A stretch of DNA of 64,000 nucleotides from positions 157,170,001-157,234,000 of the forward strand of contig NC_042999.1 of NCBI RefSeq assembly GCF_006345805.1, written 5' to 3'. A program made the translations under genes and the position numbers. The stretch comes from Octopus sinensis. Its lineage: Eukaryota. Shown here piece after piece: positions 1-12,055 of this stretch (its first letter is position 1; each line of letters starts with the position of its first letter). The notes beneath the pieces were generated by a model. The model saw nothing but the letters and a program-made list of their open reading frames with translations, did no database searches and was not told where the DNA came from.

Positions 1-59
1 GAACCCAGAACTATGTGGTTGGTAAGCAAGCTACTTACCACACAGCCACTCCTGCGCCT
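1..59 (-). mobile_element. SINE family A (tRNA-derived), head
   Basis: Reverse complement of aggcgcaggagtggctgtgtggtaag head. Confidence 0.85.
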
Positions 60-330
60 ATATATAGAACTTTCTTCTGATATATGAATATGATAAGCAT
101 ATTGTAATGTTTTTCTATTACACTCTTTTTTTTATTCTGCAAATATCTAGGGGTCATCATTGTTGTTATTGTAGACAACATCATTACCTTCAGTTTTATT
201 ATCAGTTACTAATTCCCTGATTGAATTTTAATACTCTTTACTTCTTTTATAATTACAATTTCTTCAAACGGTTTCCTTAGATGAAAAGGAAGTAGTATAT
301 TCTAAAGAGCTCATCCATTCTAACCTATAC

Positions 331-990
331 TTTTACTCTTTTCGTTGTTTCAGTCATTTGACTGTGGCCATGCTGGAGCACCGCCTTTAGTCGAGCAAAT
401 CGACCCCGGGACTTATTCTTTGTAAGCCCAGTACTTATTCTATCGGTCTCTTTTGCTGAACCGCTAAGTGACGGGGACGTAAACACACCAGCATCAGTTG
501 TCAAGCAATGCTAGAGGGACAAACACAGACACACAAACATATACATATATACATATATACAACAGGCTTCTTTCAGTTTCCGTCTAACAAATCCACTCAC
601 AAGGCTTTGGTCGGCCCGAGGCTATAGCAGAAGACATTTGCCCAAGATGCCACGCAGTGGGACTGAACCCAGAACCATGTGGCTGGTTAGCAAGCTACTT
701 ACCACACAGCCACTCCTGGGGTAGAAAGAGCTCCTTAGCCGTAGTGAAGGCAATCTATCTAGGGAGATAACCTTACAATAAATCACTCGGTCCGTAGCTT
801 AGAAATACTGGGTTGACGTCCAACGGGAACAGCTTTGTTTCATGGAGGAGGAAAGATCTTCTTTAGTACTTGGTTGTACAATGCTTTCCAATGTGTGTAG
901 TAGTGGCGCACACACACATTATTAGCCATTTGAAAAGACTATGAAAGTTTCGACCACGGTCGAACAATGATGATGATGACTCCTGCGCCT
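331..990 (-). mobile_element. SINE family A, split by the 719-978 insertion
   Basis: Full head, body and (AAAAGAGT)n tail. Confidence 0.9.
719..978 (+). mobile_element. (ATG)n-tailed retroposon inserted in a SINE head
   Basis: 7-bp TSD actcctg at 712-718 and 979-985; atgatgatg tail. Confidence 0.8.
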
Positions 991-1076
991 ATATGAAATA
1001 AAAATTTAGAAATAAAAATTTAATACAATTACAGAAGCAGTATTTTCTTATATTTATCTGGAATTTTGTTTTTCAG

Positions 1077-1238
1077 CAAGTTATTCTGACTCAAGATGAA
1101 AAGGGCAGCATTTATTTGATCAACAACAGCAATTTCTCTGTATTTATTAAAGATTATTTGGACATGAAACAGCCATACTTCTCGCAAGAAGTTATTGAAC
1201 AGCGAGGAGTTATTTTCGGCCAAGGAAAACCAATTAAA
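1077..1238 (+). CDS. Gene A exon (internal): divergent MH2 (Smad/DWB-like) domain, QVILTQDEKGSIYLINNSNFSVFIK...GKPIK
   Basis: ttttgtttttcag acceptor and gtaaga donor; 162 nt open frame, phase 0/0; joins the next exon to give KPIKIFDMEEF, which resembles Smad NLKIFNNQEF. Confidence 0.8.
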
Positions 1239-1308
1239 GTAAGACTAAAATACTTTAGTAAATATCATCTTTGTGGTTCACATTTGCACTGAGACTGTAA
1301 ACTAGTTG

Positions 1309-1696
1309 GTGGAAGCACTCCGTCGGTTACGACGACGAGGGTTCCGGTTGATCCGAATCAACGGAACAGCCTGCTCGTGAAATTAACGTGTAAGTGGCTG
1401 AGCACTCCACAGACACGTGTACCCTTAACGTAGTTCTCGGGGATATTCAGCGTGACACAGAGAGTGACTAAGGCCGGTCCCTTGAAATACAGGTACAACA
1501 GAAACAGGAAGTAAGAGTGAGAGAAAGTTGTGGTGAAAGAGTACAGCAGGGATCACCACCATCCCCTGCCGGAGCCTCGTGGAGCTTTTAGGTATTTTCG
1601 CTCAATAAACACTCACAACACCCGGTCTGGGAATCGAAACTGCGATCCTATGACCGCGAGTCCGCTGCCCTAACCACTGGGCCATTGTGCCTCCAC
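1309..1696 (-). mobile_element. SINE family B (tRNA-derived, gtggaggcgcaatggcccagtggttag head)
   Basis: A/B-box-like head; repeated family in this window. Confidence 0.9.
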
Positions 1697-1909
1697 TTGT
1701 AAACTAGTTACAGTTCATATTACTATAGAAGATACTTATTCAATTGTAACTGATCACTACAATAAATCAGGAGTGCCATAAAATATACCAGCACTACCAT
1801 CCACATTCCAAGACTAACTAATACTGTCATCTAGCACATCAATGCCACTATTCAATGCCATTACTGCCATATTACTACTACTACTACTACTACCATACAC
1901 TAACTTTAA

Positions 1910-2131
1910 CCCTTTTGTTACCAACCCGGCTGAAACCAGCTCTGGTTCTGTAATACAAATATCTTGTTTTTGTAAGTTTTGAATTAAAATCTTCCACCAA
2001 ATCTTAGTCACAATTTATGTTCCTAACACTATCTTAATGATAACGAAGTTATTTTACTAAATTCTTTGTTATATTTAGAATTAATTGAAAGAAACACAGA
2101 ACATCACAAAATAAATACAGTAACGAAAGGG
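1910..2131. mobile_element. TTAA-type (piggyBac-like) MITE family 1
   Basis: TIR ccctttYgttac/gtaacgaaaggg; ttaa left flank. Confidence 0.8.
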
Positions 2132-2819
2132 TAAAGCAGATCAATACAGCCATAATACATCCCAACATTACCATGAAATATACCAGAATTTCTTACTAGC
2201 CAATAACTCAAGCAAAATACCATTAATATGATGCCTTTTATTGCCATAGTATATACAAAAAAATATCAATTAAAGGAAAAAAAAAACATGTTACTATCAC
2301 ACTTTGCATCAATGCTATTACACAAGGTGTTACTAATATATATACTAACAATACAAATAAGAAAATGGAGGAACAAATTCATTTCGATCATCAACTTACA
2401 GATATTACAATTTCATATTATTTATTAATTATACAAATAGGAACATGAAAATCGGAATAAATTTGTTCCTCCATTTTCTTATTTGTATTATGAATTTACG
2501 GTAAAATATTTTAACCTTCACCCATTCAATACAATAAATGAATTAATTGCATTGCAATTATAAGCATTTACGTATTTAGTATTTGGGTACTTTACCAGCA
2601 GTATATTGGATAACTGACATCCCATAGTGGGTTACCTTCATAGTCCCTATCTTACTTTGTACTATACTAACAATATATATATATCTATACTGCCATATAA
2701 CATATGACAAGTGGCCCGGGAATGAAATTTGCTTAGTGGGTGCAAACTCAGGTCCAAAATTTTTTATGACAAAGTGGATTTTCTTTGCATTGTTAATATT
2801 AAAACAATTGCAGGTGTAA

Positions 2820-3012
2820 ACCTTTCTACTTTAGGCACAAGGCTTGAAATTTGCGTGGTGGTGGTACTTGACTGGTACATAATTTATTGACCCCCACTAA
2901 AGGATGAATGGCAAAATCGGCCTCAGTGGAATTTGAACTCAGAACGTAAAGGTGTACAAAATGCTGATAAGCATTCTGCCCAGCATGCTAATTATTCTGC
3001 TAGCTCACCCAC
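2820..3012 (-). mobile_element. SINE family D (gagctggcagaaacgttagc head)
   Basis: gttctgagttcaaattcc B-box-like motif; dispersed family. Confidence 0.7.
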
Positions 3013-3045
3013 TTAAATGCAGGTATAATAATAATTTTTATTATT

Positions 3046-3605
3046 ATGAGGGTTGGCTGTAAAGGTCATAAGCTGAGCAAGACACGCCCATAGAATGTGA
3101 CCAAGTGAAGTTCATTTTTTAACATAGTTCCTCTTACTGTCCACACCCTTCCATAAGTGTTGCCTAGCTTGGATCACATTGGGGAAGAAGGTATCCTGTT
3201 GGTCAAAAAAGTCATCATCACTGTGATACTGGTGCCCAGCCAAGCATTTTTTCATGTTGGGAAATAGACAATAGTCAGATGGAACCAAATAGGGAGGGTG
3301 ATCAACCAGTTCAAAGCCAATCACACAGCAGCCATTGAAACCAAGGACATGTGTACTGAAGCATTGTCCTAATAAAACAAAACCCCACCACTTCATCAGT
3401 TTTTCAGGGCATTTGGTCTTGATAGCCTTTCATAACTGCCTTAGCAAGTTGGCATAGAAGTCTCCATTGATGGTGTAATCATTCTGAAGATAATCAATAA
3501 ACACAATGCCTTTTTCATTCTAAAAAACTGAGGCCATCACCTTCCTTGCAGGTGAAATGACCCTGCCTTCTTTGGTGTGGACAAAGAGGTATGTTTCTAC
3601 AGCAT
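3046..3605 (-). mobile_element. Mariner transposase C-terminal remnant
   Basis: GKVMASVFW...DHPPY...PSDYCLFPNMKK...YVKK motifs; gagggt TIR-like end near 3046. Confidence 0.8.
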
Positions 3606-3779
3606 GACTAGATTGGGGAGTTGGAGATAATCATAATGTATGAAGATGAAAGGTGAGGAAGAGAAGTGAAACACTTTGGGAAGGGAAGGGGTATGTAGTT
3701 TGGTTTGTTGGGGGGTAAGGTGTGTGAAAGTGTTATTGTGGGACACAATACTTCTAGAACTCAGGTTTGCTAACATGGG

Positions 3780-3940
3780 TGGGTCTTTCCTAGAACCTCA
3801 CATCACCAGACATCTTGGTTCAGTGTCATTTCCTCTTCTGTAAGGCCCCAGCATCCTGAGATCAGTCCTCATCACTTCATCCCATGTCTTCCTGGATTTC
3901 CCACTCCCACAGGTGCCATCCACTTTCAGTGACTGGCACT
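3780..3940 (-). mobile_element. RTE LINE C-terminal remnant
   Basis: GKSRKTWDEVMRTDL motif. Confidence 0.55.
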
Positions 3941-3990
3941 TCTTTATACATTGGTATAACTAAAAATCAACATTTTGCAAAACCATTTAA

Positions 3991-4436
3991 CCCTTTCCTT
4001 ACTGTATTTATTTTGAGATGCTCTGTGTTTCTTTCAATTATTTTAAATATAACAAAGAATTTAGTAAAATAACTTAGTTATCATTAAGCTAGTAATAGGA
4101 ACATAAATTGTGAATAAGACTTGGTGGAAGATTTTAATTAAAAACTTATGAAAACAAGATATGTATATTAAAGGGCCAGAGCTGGTTTCAGTTGGGTTGG
4201 TAACGAAAGGGTTAACCCTTTCGTTACCGTATTTATTTTGAGATGCTCTGTGTTTCTTTCAATTATTTTAAATATAACAAAGAATTTAGTAAAATAACTT
4301 AGTTATCATTAAGTTAATGTTAGGAACATAAATTGTGACTAAGATTTGGTGGAAGATTTGAATTCAAAACTTATGAAAACAAAACATTTATACTAAAGAG
4401 CCAGAGCCGGTTTCAGCCGGGTTGGTAATGAAAGGG
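3991..4436. mobile_element. Tandem dimer of MITE family 1 sharing a central TTAA
   Basis: TTAA at 3987-3990, 4212-4215 and 4437-4440 bound two ~221-bp copies. Confidence 0.9.
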
Positions 4437-4468
4437 TTAAAGTTAGTTGCTTTCAATTTACTTCACAG

Positions 4469-4658
4469 ATCTTTGATATGGAGGAGTTTCGATCAGAAAT
4501 GACTCTTCAAATTTATCACAAGCAGTTCAACAGAGAGCAGTTAAAGTTTTTATGTAAAACTAATGTCCTTTTTGCTGATGCTCAACGCTGCATGGAATCT
4601 CCCAGCTGGATCATGGTGACAAATCTTCAAGCAATGGATTTACTATTTGATGACCAAG
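4469..4658 (+). CDS. Gene A exon: C-terminal part of the MH2-like domain (IFDMEEF...QLKFLCKTNVLF...SPSWIMVTNLQAMDLL)
   Basis: tttacttcacag acceptor and gtaaat donor; 190 nt, phase 0/1; aligns by eye with Smad QLTRMCTIRMSF...TPCWIELHLNGPLQWL. Confidence 0.85.
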
Positions 4659-4680
4659 GTAAATTGTTATACTCTCTCTC

Positions 4681-5090
4681 TTTTACTCTTTTACATGTTT
4701 CAGTCGTTTGACTGCAGCCATGCTGGAGCACTGCCTTTTAGTCGAACAAATCGACCCCAGGACTTATTCTTTGTAAGCCTTAGTACTCATTCTATCGGTC
4801 TCTTTTGGTGAACTACTACGTTACAGGGACATAAACACACCAGCATCGGTTGTCAAGCGATGTTGGGGGGGGGGGACAAACACACATACACAAACACACA
4901 GACACACATATATATATACAAATTTGCGATGGGCTTCTTTCAATTTCCATCTACCAAATCCACTCACAAGGCTTTGGTTGGCCTGAGGCTATAGTAGAAG
5001 ACATTTGCCCAAGGTGCCACGCAGTGGAACTGAACCCAGAACCATGTGGTTGGTAAGTAAGCTACTTACCACACAGCTACTCCTGTGCCT
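4681..5090 (-). mobile_element. SINE family A
   Basis: Full-length copy. Confidence 0.9.
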
Positions 5091-5505
5091 ATTTTACCTT
5101 TTGTAGACAAAATAACTTAATAGCAAAATTAATCAAGATCATCATAGCTTCACCTTTGTTTTTCATTACTTTCATTACAATATTTTGGCCATTTGTCTGT
5201 ATTTTTATAAATATCTTTCCTTTACACTTGCTCCCACCATTCTGACTTTCCTCAGAATGTCAAGAAAGGGCAAAGTAATTATGACAATGGAAAAGGAATG
5301 AGGAGACTATGTTTGTTTTTCTAATTTGAATCAATTTCTAATTTTTCATTTCATTTGTGCTGTTATATTCATATATACATAATTTTATTGAAATTTGAAA
5401 TAGTCATCTCACCTCTATAAAAGCATTCTCAGGTTTACATTAGAATATGAATGGTAGTTTTACAGCCATTTTGAAAAACCAGAAATGTGATAAAATCATG
5501 AAATT

Positions 5506-5886
5506 TTTATATATAAAAGAGAGGTTGTGTGCTGTCTGTCTCCTACGATTTAGATTCCTAACTACTCCCACATTTTGCGGTGCAGTTTAACCAAAACCAG
5601 GTATCTTACAGTCGTGATTCATATCGAGCCCGCGCGCGTCTATGATGAGTCTACGATTTATAAAAAATTTACCATCAATTTTTCTCATTTTTAATGCATT
5701 TTTGGCATATATAAGGGAAGTAACTCTCTAAAAATTTATTATTAAATCTCAGAACGTAAAAAGCTACAGTAACACCCCCCCCTTGTGGTTAGCCATATTG
5801 AGATGGCTATTATACTTTACATCTCTAAAAATGCTTATATAGTTATTTCCCTTACAAACCCGAGCAACGCCGGGCGATACTGCTAG
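5506..5886 (+). mobile_element. Non-autonomous Helitron
   Basis: 5' t(c)tatatataaaa start; 3' hairpin cccgagcaacgccggg followed by CTAG|T. Confidence 0.75.
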
Positions 5887-5966
5887 TATTTTATAGATTC
5901 CAAAGAGTAAACATAATATCAATCAATCAGCTATATATGACTTTTGATTACTGACTTCAGCCTTTC

Positions 5967-6154
5967 TGTTATGAGGATAATAGTAATAACAGAACACCCC
6001 TGCCATATAACGAGTGGTATGTGACAGTCATTAAAATACTGTGATGTTGAGCAGTTGGGGTAGCAGGTCAAAGATAGTTGTGTCTGACTTGTCTAACTTG
6101 CTATGCTGCTATACTGGAGTAGATGTTATAATAGTCGGACATTGGATTACAACA
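5967..6154 (+). repeat. 5' LTR of the gypsy element
   Basis: tgttatgaggataatagtaata...ttacaaca; homologous to 12745-12933. Confidence 0.85.
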
Positions 6155-6287
6155 GCGGTGATAAGAAATTAACAAACTCGCTAAGTTTTAGCAAACTCAC
6201 AAAAGTTTTTTTTTGTGCAAATTTGATGATATACAAAAAAAGCATAAAATTATGGAAGATTTGTTGGCCAGTTTGCTTGAGTTGCAA

Positions 6288-6400
6288 AAACAGCAACAAC
6301 AACAGCAACAGAAACAGCAACAACAACTGCAGGAACAACTATAGCAGCAGCAGCAGCAGGAACAGCAACAACAACAATTACTACTGCAAAAACAACAACA
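6288..6400. repeat. (CAA/CAG)n tract in the gypsy 5' leader
   Basis: Direct reading. Confidence 0.9.
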
Positions 6401-6408
6401 CTTACTAT

Positions 6409-6823
6409 TACTCTTTACTCTTTTACTCTTTTACTTGTTTCAGTCATTTGACTGTGGCCATGCTGGAGCACTACCTTTAGTCGAGCAAATCGACCCTGGG
6501 ACTTATTCTTTGTAAACCCAGTACTTATTCTATCGGTCTCTTTTGCCGAACCGCTAAGTGACGGGGACGTAAACACACCAGCATCGGTTGTCAAGCAATG
6601 CTAAGAGGACAAAGACAGACACACCAACACACACACATACATATATATATACATATATACGACGGGCTTCTTTCAGTTTCCGTCTATCAAATCCACTCAC
6701 AAGGCATTGGTCGGCCCGGGGCTATAGCAGAAGACACTTGCCCAAGGTGAAACGCAGTGGGACTGAACCCGGAACCATGTGGTTGGTTAGCAAGCTACTT
6801 ACCACACAGCCACTCCTGCGCCT
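6409..6823 (-). mobile_element. SINE family A inside the gypsy element
   Basis: Full-length copy. Confidence 0.9.
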
Positions 6824-6845
6824 ATTACAACAACAAATGCTGTAA

Positions 6846-7469
6846 TTGATGAATAGTAAGTCATCCAAAAATGCTGAAAAGACGTTCTTGTCAGATTATG
6901 TTGTAAACTCAATAATGGAATTTAAGTATGAACCAGACGAAGGAGTTACCTTCGAGGCGTACTATAGAAGATACGAACACATCTTCAATAAAGAGTGTAA
7001 AGATTGGGATGATGATATGAAAACACATCTAATCCTAAGAAAACTAGCAGCAAAAGAACATGAGCATTACAACAATTACATACTCCTGAAAAGACTTTCC
7101 GACATAAACTTTAGAAATATAATAGACATATTGTGTAAAATTTTTAGCAAGAAAAGCTCGTTGCTCAATACACGCTGGAAGTGTTTGAACTTAGAAAAGA
7201 ACAATGAGGAGAACTACATCATGTATGCTGGTAGAGTTAACAGAGAATGTGAGAAGTTCAAACTGGCCGACTTAGAGCCAGATATGTTCAAGTGCCTAAT
7301 ATTTACTCAGAGACTAAATGCAGAAAAAGACACAGAAGTAAGAACAAGAATTCTCACTAAACTAGAACAAAACCAAGTCGTAACCTTACAACAAGTGTTA
7401 GAAGAGTGTGAAAGAATAGTAAATCTAAAGCATGACACAGAGAAAATTGAACATAAAGATTGTTCCTAA
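6846..7469 (+). pseudogene. Gypsy gag ORF fragment (K02A2.6-like: EGVTFEAYYRRYE...CLIFTQRL...EVRTRILTKLE)
   Basis: 207-aa ORF with gag motifs, lying inside the LTR pair. Confidence 0.8.
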
Positions 7470-7762
7470 GTGAAATAAGTGTGAAACAGGCAGAATAGAA
7501 ATCAAGTGTGTACTAAAATACAGTACAAACAGGACAAAAACCAGGAAACAAACCCATATTTTGCATGCAGAGGTCTATACTTGAGAAAAAAATTGACATT
7601 TTAAGAAAGTGGAATGTTTCCATAGTGGAAAAATTGATCACGTAAAAGTGCACTGTAAAACGAAGATGACAAAATGTTGGAACAAAGAGAAGAGAATAAA
7701 CAAGATGTCATTGAAAGAAAATGGTAATGTGACAAAGAGGAAATTCGTAAATGTGAAAATTG

Positions 7763-7993
7763 AAAAAGCACCATCCGTCTGTGGCCGTTTGCCAGCCCCG
7801 TCTGGCTCCTGTGCGGGTAGCACGTAAAAAGCACCCACTACACACATGGAGTTGTTGGCGTTAGGAAGGGCATCCAGCCGTAGAAACACTGCCAGATCAG
7901 ACTGGGCCTGGTGCAGCCTTCTGGCTTCACAGACCCCAGTTGAACCGTCCAACCCATGCTAGCATGGAAAGCGGACGCTAAATAATGATGATG
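7763..7993 (+). mobile_element. Family E: (GAT)n-tailed RTE-related retroposon 3' end
   Basis: ggttggcgttaggaagggcatccagc...catgctagcatgga...gatgatg. Confidence 0.85.
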
Positions 7994-8261
7994 ACATGAC
8001 ATGAGAAATTCAGTTAGACCCTGGTAGTGATAGTACCATTGTGAATGAAGAAACTTGGCAGTATATTGGTAAGCCAAAACTAAGTAAATCTACAAAAGTA
8101 GTCCATGATGTTATGGGTAAAAGACGACATATTTCCAGATGTTTTCTTGGATGAACTGGGCCACTGCACAAAAACGAAGGCAAAAATTATAGCAAAACAA
8201 AGTGCAACACCTGTATTTAAGCCAAAACAGAATGTAGTGTTCACAGCACTAGAACAGGTAA

Positions 8262-8643
8262 GGAGGAGGCGCAATGGCCCAGTGGTTAGGGCAGCGGACT
8301 TGAGGTCATAGGGTCACGGTTTCGATTCCCAGACTGGGCGTTGTGAGTGTTTATTGAGCGAAAACACCTAAAAAGCCCCACGAGGCTCCGGCAGGGGATG
8401 GTGGTGATCCCTGCTGTACTCTTTCACCACAACTTTCTCTCACTCTTACTTCCTGTTTCTGTTGTACCTGTATTTCAAAGGGCCGGCCTTGTCACTCTCT
8501 GTGTCATGCTGAATATCCCCGAGAACTACGTTAAGGGTGCACGTGTCTGTGGAGTCCTCAGCCACTTACACGTTAATTTCACGAGCAGGCTGTTCCGTTG
8601 ATTCGGATCAACCGGAACCCTCATCGTCGTAACCGACGGAGTG
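8262..8643 (+). mobile_element. SINE family B inside gypsy pol
   Basis: Full-length copy. Confidence 0.9.
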
Positions 8644-10860
8644 AAAAGGAAGAAAGAACAGGTAAATAAGGAACTTGAAAGCCAAGGAATAATCGAGAAG
8701 ACAAACCACTCAGATTTGGCAGCACCTACGGTCTACATAAAAACGAAAAATAATAAGTCAAGAGTTTGTACAGATTTTTCAACCGGGTTGAATGATTGCT
8801 TAATTTCATGCAACTACCCATGGCCAAATCCTGAGGAAGTGTTCGCAAAATTGAATGGAGGAAAATTCTTCTCAAAATTAGATCTTATTTACAAATCCAA
8901 GTAGAGGAAGAATGCTCACACTTATTGACCATTAATACACACCGTGGCTTATTTAAATTTAAGCGGCTTCCCTTTGGTGAAAAATGTGGCTCTTAGGATA
9001 CAATGTTGGTGGACAGGGATTTTGCTATCACCTATTTAGACGATATTCTAATGAAAACGAATCACACAAACAACATATGGAGTACAGAAAAAGGGTATTC
9101 GAAAAGATAAGAGAATACAGCTTTAAGTTAAGTGTAGAAAAATGTAAGTTCTTTTTAAATAAAAAGTAAATACTTGGGTTAGATAATACGTAAAAGTGGA
9201 CAGAAACCTGATCCATTCAGAACAACTGCGATAAAAAATACGCCCACACTGAATAATGTGACTATGCTACAAGCATTCTTGGGAATTGTAAATTACTACC
9301 AAATTTATATTTTTGTTTAGAGAATGCATGGGCTAAGACTACACACCTTCATTGGTCAGTTAAAGTTGAGACAGTGTCACGTGACAACTTGCTGGGACTG
9401 CCTGCTGGAGCCTAGCAGTAGGTATTTAAAGGGAAAAAATTCGACAAGACAGTCAGTCGTCTACTGACACTCGTTGACGCTACATTGAAGAGGCCAGGGA
9501 ACAGAAGAAAGAAGACATGCACCCAACACCAGAGCTAAAGACACCTCCGAAAGGAGGGGGGCACCACGTCAAAACGGTACAGGAGTAGGGGCCAAAACCA
9601 GACGATACCAAAACACTGCAAGCCATTCAAAGATACAGTAATCACAGCATTGAGTTCAGAAAGGGAAATATAAAATGTAATGTGGAATGTGGTCCTGAAT
9701 TACTGGTAACCCTTGAAGACCTGATGATGTCTTGAGCTAAATGGATCCTACAAAGGAGCTGTTGTAGTAGCAGACCATGAAACACGGTTAAAATTCCTTT
9801 TTCCAATGGAAGGACTCTGTTTAATGATACGAAAAAGTCAAAATGGTGCTAGACTGATAAGTGCTAGAAGGCATTTGATGAATTCAAAAGCATTTTAACA
9901 TCAAATGTATTGTTAACTCATTTTGCTCTGGAGCTGGATACTATATTGGCTACAGATACAAGTGATTACATGCAGGAGCAGGGCTTCTAGATAAATATGA
10001 TGATGGGAGTAAAAAGACTATAGTTATGCAACACAATCATTATTACTAGCAGAAAGGAACTATAGTCAAATAGAAAAGGAAGCATTAGCAATCATATTCA
10101 GTGTGAAAAAATTCCATAGATTTATTCATGGAAGAAATTTCTGTCTACAAATGGATCATCACCCACTACTGTTAGTATACGGTTCTAAAAAAGGAATACC
10201 AACACACACAGCGAATAGACTAGTGATGGGGTACTACATTATTGAATTATGATTACAAAATGGATTTACTGTCAAAAAAACAAGGGCATGTGGATGGTTT
10301 GTCCAGACCGATACCAAAACACTGCAAGCCATTCAAAGATACAGTGATCACAGCATTGAGTTCAGAAAGGGAAATATAAAATGTAATGTGGAATGTGGTC
10401 CTGAATTACTGGTAACCTTTGAAAACATGAAACAAAATGCAGAAAAGGACAAATTCATAACAGAAATGAAAAGCATATTGCGGACAGGAAAAGTAAATAG
10501 GAACAAGATTGGTGTGAAACGAAACCAAGATGTGAACCTATACTGAATTTGTGATGGTGTTCTGATGTATGCACAGAGAATAGCAATACCTGAAACACTG
10601 CAAAAGAAAATGTTGAAAGAATTCTATGCTGGATATTCTGGTCTTTCGAGAATGAAAGCTTTAATGCATAGCTATGTGTATTAACCAAAATGGATAGAGA
10701 AATTGAAAATTTAGTGAAAGGCTGCAGAGGATAAAAAGTGAACCCTGGCCAAAAGTAGATGTTCCATAGTTGAGACTACACATCAATTTTGCTGGTCCCT
10801 TAAACGGTTCATACTACTTAGTGGTAGTAGATAGTTTAAAACCAACCTCCTCAACTATGG
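8641..10860 (+). pseudogene. Disrupted gypsy pol (RT AAPTVYIK...VCTDFSTGLN...FSKLDL; RNase H; integrase)
   Basis: RT and RNase H motifs across frameshifts and stop codons. Confidence 0.8.
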
Positions 10861-10871
10861 CAAACTGTCTA

Positions 10872-11749
10872 CAGGGTGTCCCAAAAGTCATTGATGGGTT
10901 TCAATTTTTAATAACTTCCTTAACTTTACAAATAAAAGCATGAAATTTTGATACAATATAAAGGGCATAATAGAAATTAATAAGCATAAGTCAAATTTTG
11001 CAACACTGCTACATCACATATGAAAGTTGACATCGCTTAAATGGCAGCTATTTTCGGCTTCACATGTCTGTGCTCTTTCCAAAACTTGCACCATAACACT
11101 CTCAAGAGTTTCAGACCCCACTTCTCTGGTTTCTCTATTAATGTTCTTCAGTTGCACCAGGGTCTCTGGGTGTTGATGTAAACCCTCTCTTTCAGGAATC
11201 CCCACAAGAAAAAATCTGGGCTAGTCAAGTCTGGTGAATGTGAAGGCCAGTTGACATTACTGTAGCAGAATATTCTCTATCCAAAGCACTGCCATAACAT
11301 TGTTTCTCTTGTGGTATGAGCAGTTGCTCCATCTTGCTGGAACCATATATGAGGTCTACTTTGAATGGCCTTCACGTTCACCAGACTTGACTAGCCTGGA
11401 TTTTTTTCTTGTGGGGATACCTGAAAGAGAGGATTTATGTCAACAAACCAGAGACCCTGGTGCAACTGAGAGAGAACATCAATAGAGAAATCAGAGAAGT
11501 GGGGGTCTGAAACTCTTGAGGGTTTTATGGTGCAAGGTTTGGAAAGAGCACATGTGTGGGAAGCTGAAAATGGCTGCCATTTAAGTGATGTCATTTTTTA
11601 TTTGTGATTTAGTGGTACTGCAAAATTTGACCCATGCATATTAATTTCCAGTATGTTCTTTATATTGTATGAAAATTTCATGTATTTATTTGTAATATTA
11701 AGGAAGTTATTAAAAATTGAAACCCATCACTGTCTTTTGGAACACCCTG
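10872..11749. mobile_element. Tc1/mariner-derived palindromic (foldback) element
   Basis: TA TSD and TIR cagggtgtcccaaaag; both arms are transposase 3' ends (WPSRSPDL); WFQQDGATAH on the minus arm. Confidence 0.85.
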
Positions 11750-12055
11750 TACATGAACTATTTATGAGATTTGGTATCCCAGATATGACAGTGTCTGACA
11801 ATGGAAAGTAATTTGCGTCTTTTGAGTTTAAAAAAAGTTTTGTAAAATGTTCACTGTAGAGCATGTAACTACTGCGCCATACCATCCCAGATCTGACAGA
11901 CAGGCAGGACGCTTTGTTGATACGTTCAAGAGAGCCCTAAGAAAGTCGAATAAGGAAGTCACAGAGTATACCATGTGACATAAAATCCAAATACACCAGC
12001 AGGTATGTCACCAACGGAGCTGATGTTTGTGAGGAAAATAAAATCAGTCTTCATC

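Noticed and set aside
6103-6480. Poly-Asn/Ser/Gln ORF
   Set aside because: A trinucleotide tract in the gypsy leader running into a SINE tail; no domain.
9721-9790. Canonical CTGATGA followed by GAAAC
   Set aside because: Helix II closure and helix I/III pairing could not be built convincingly.
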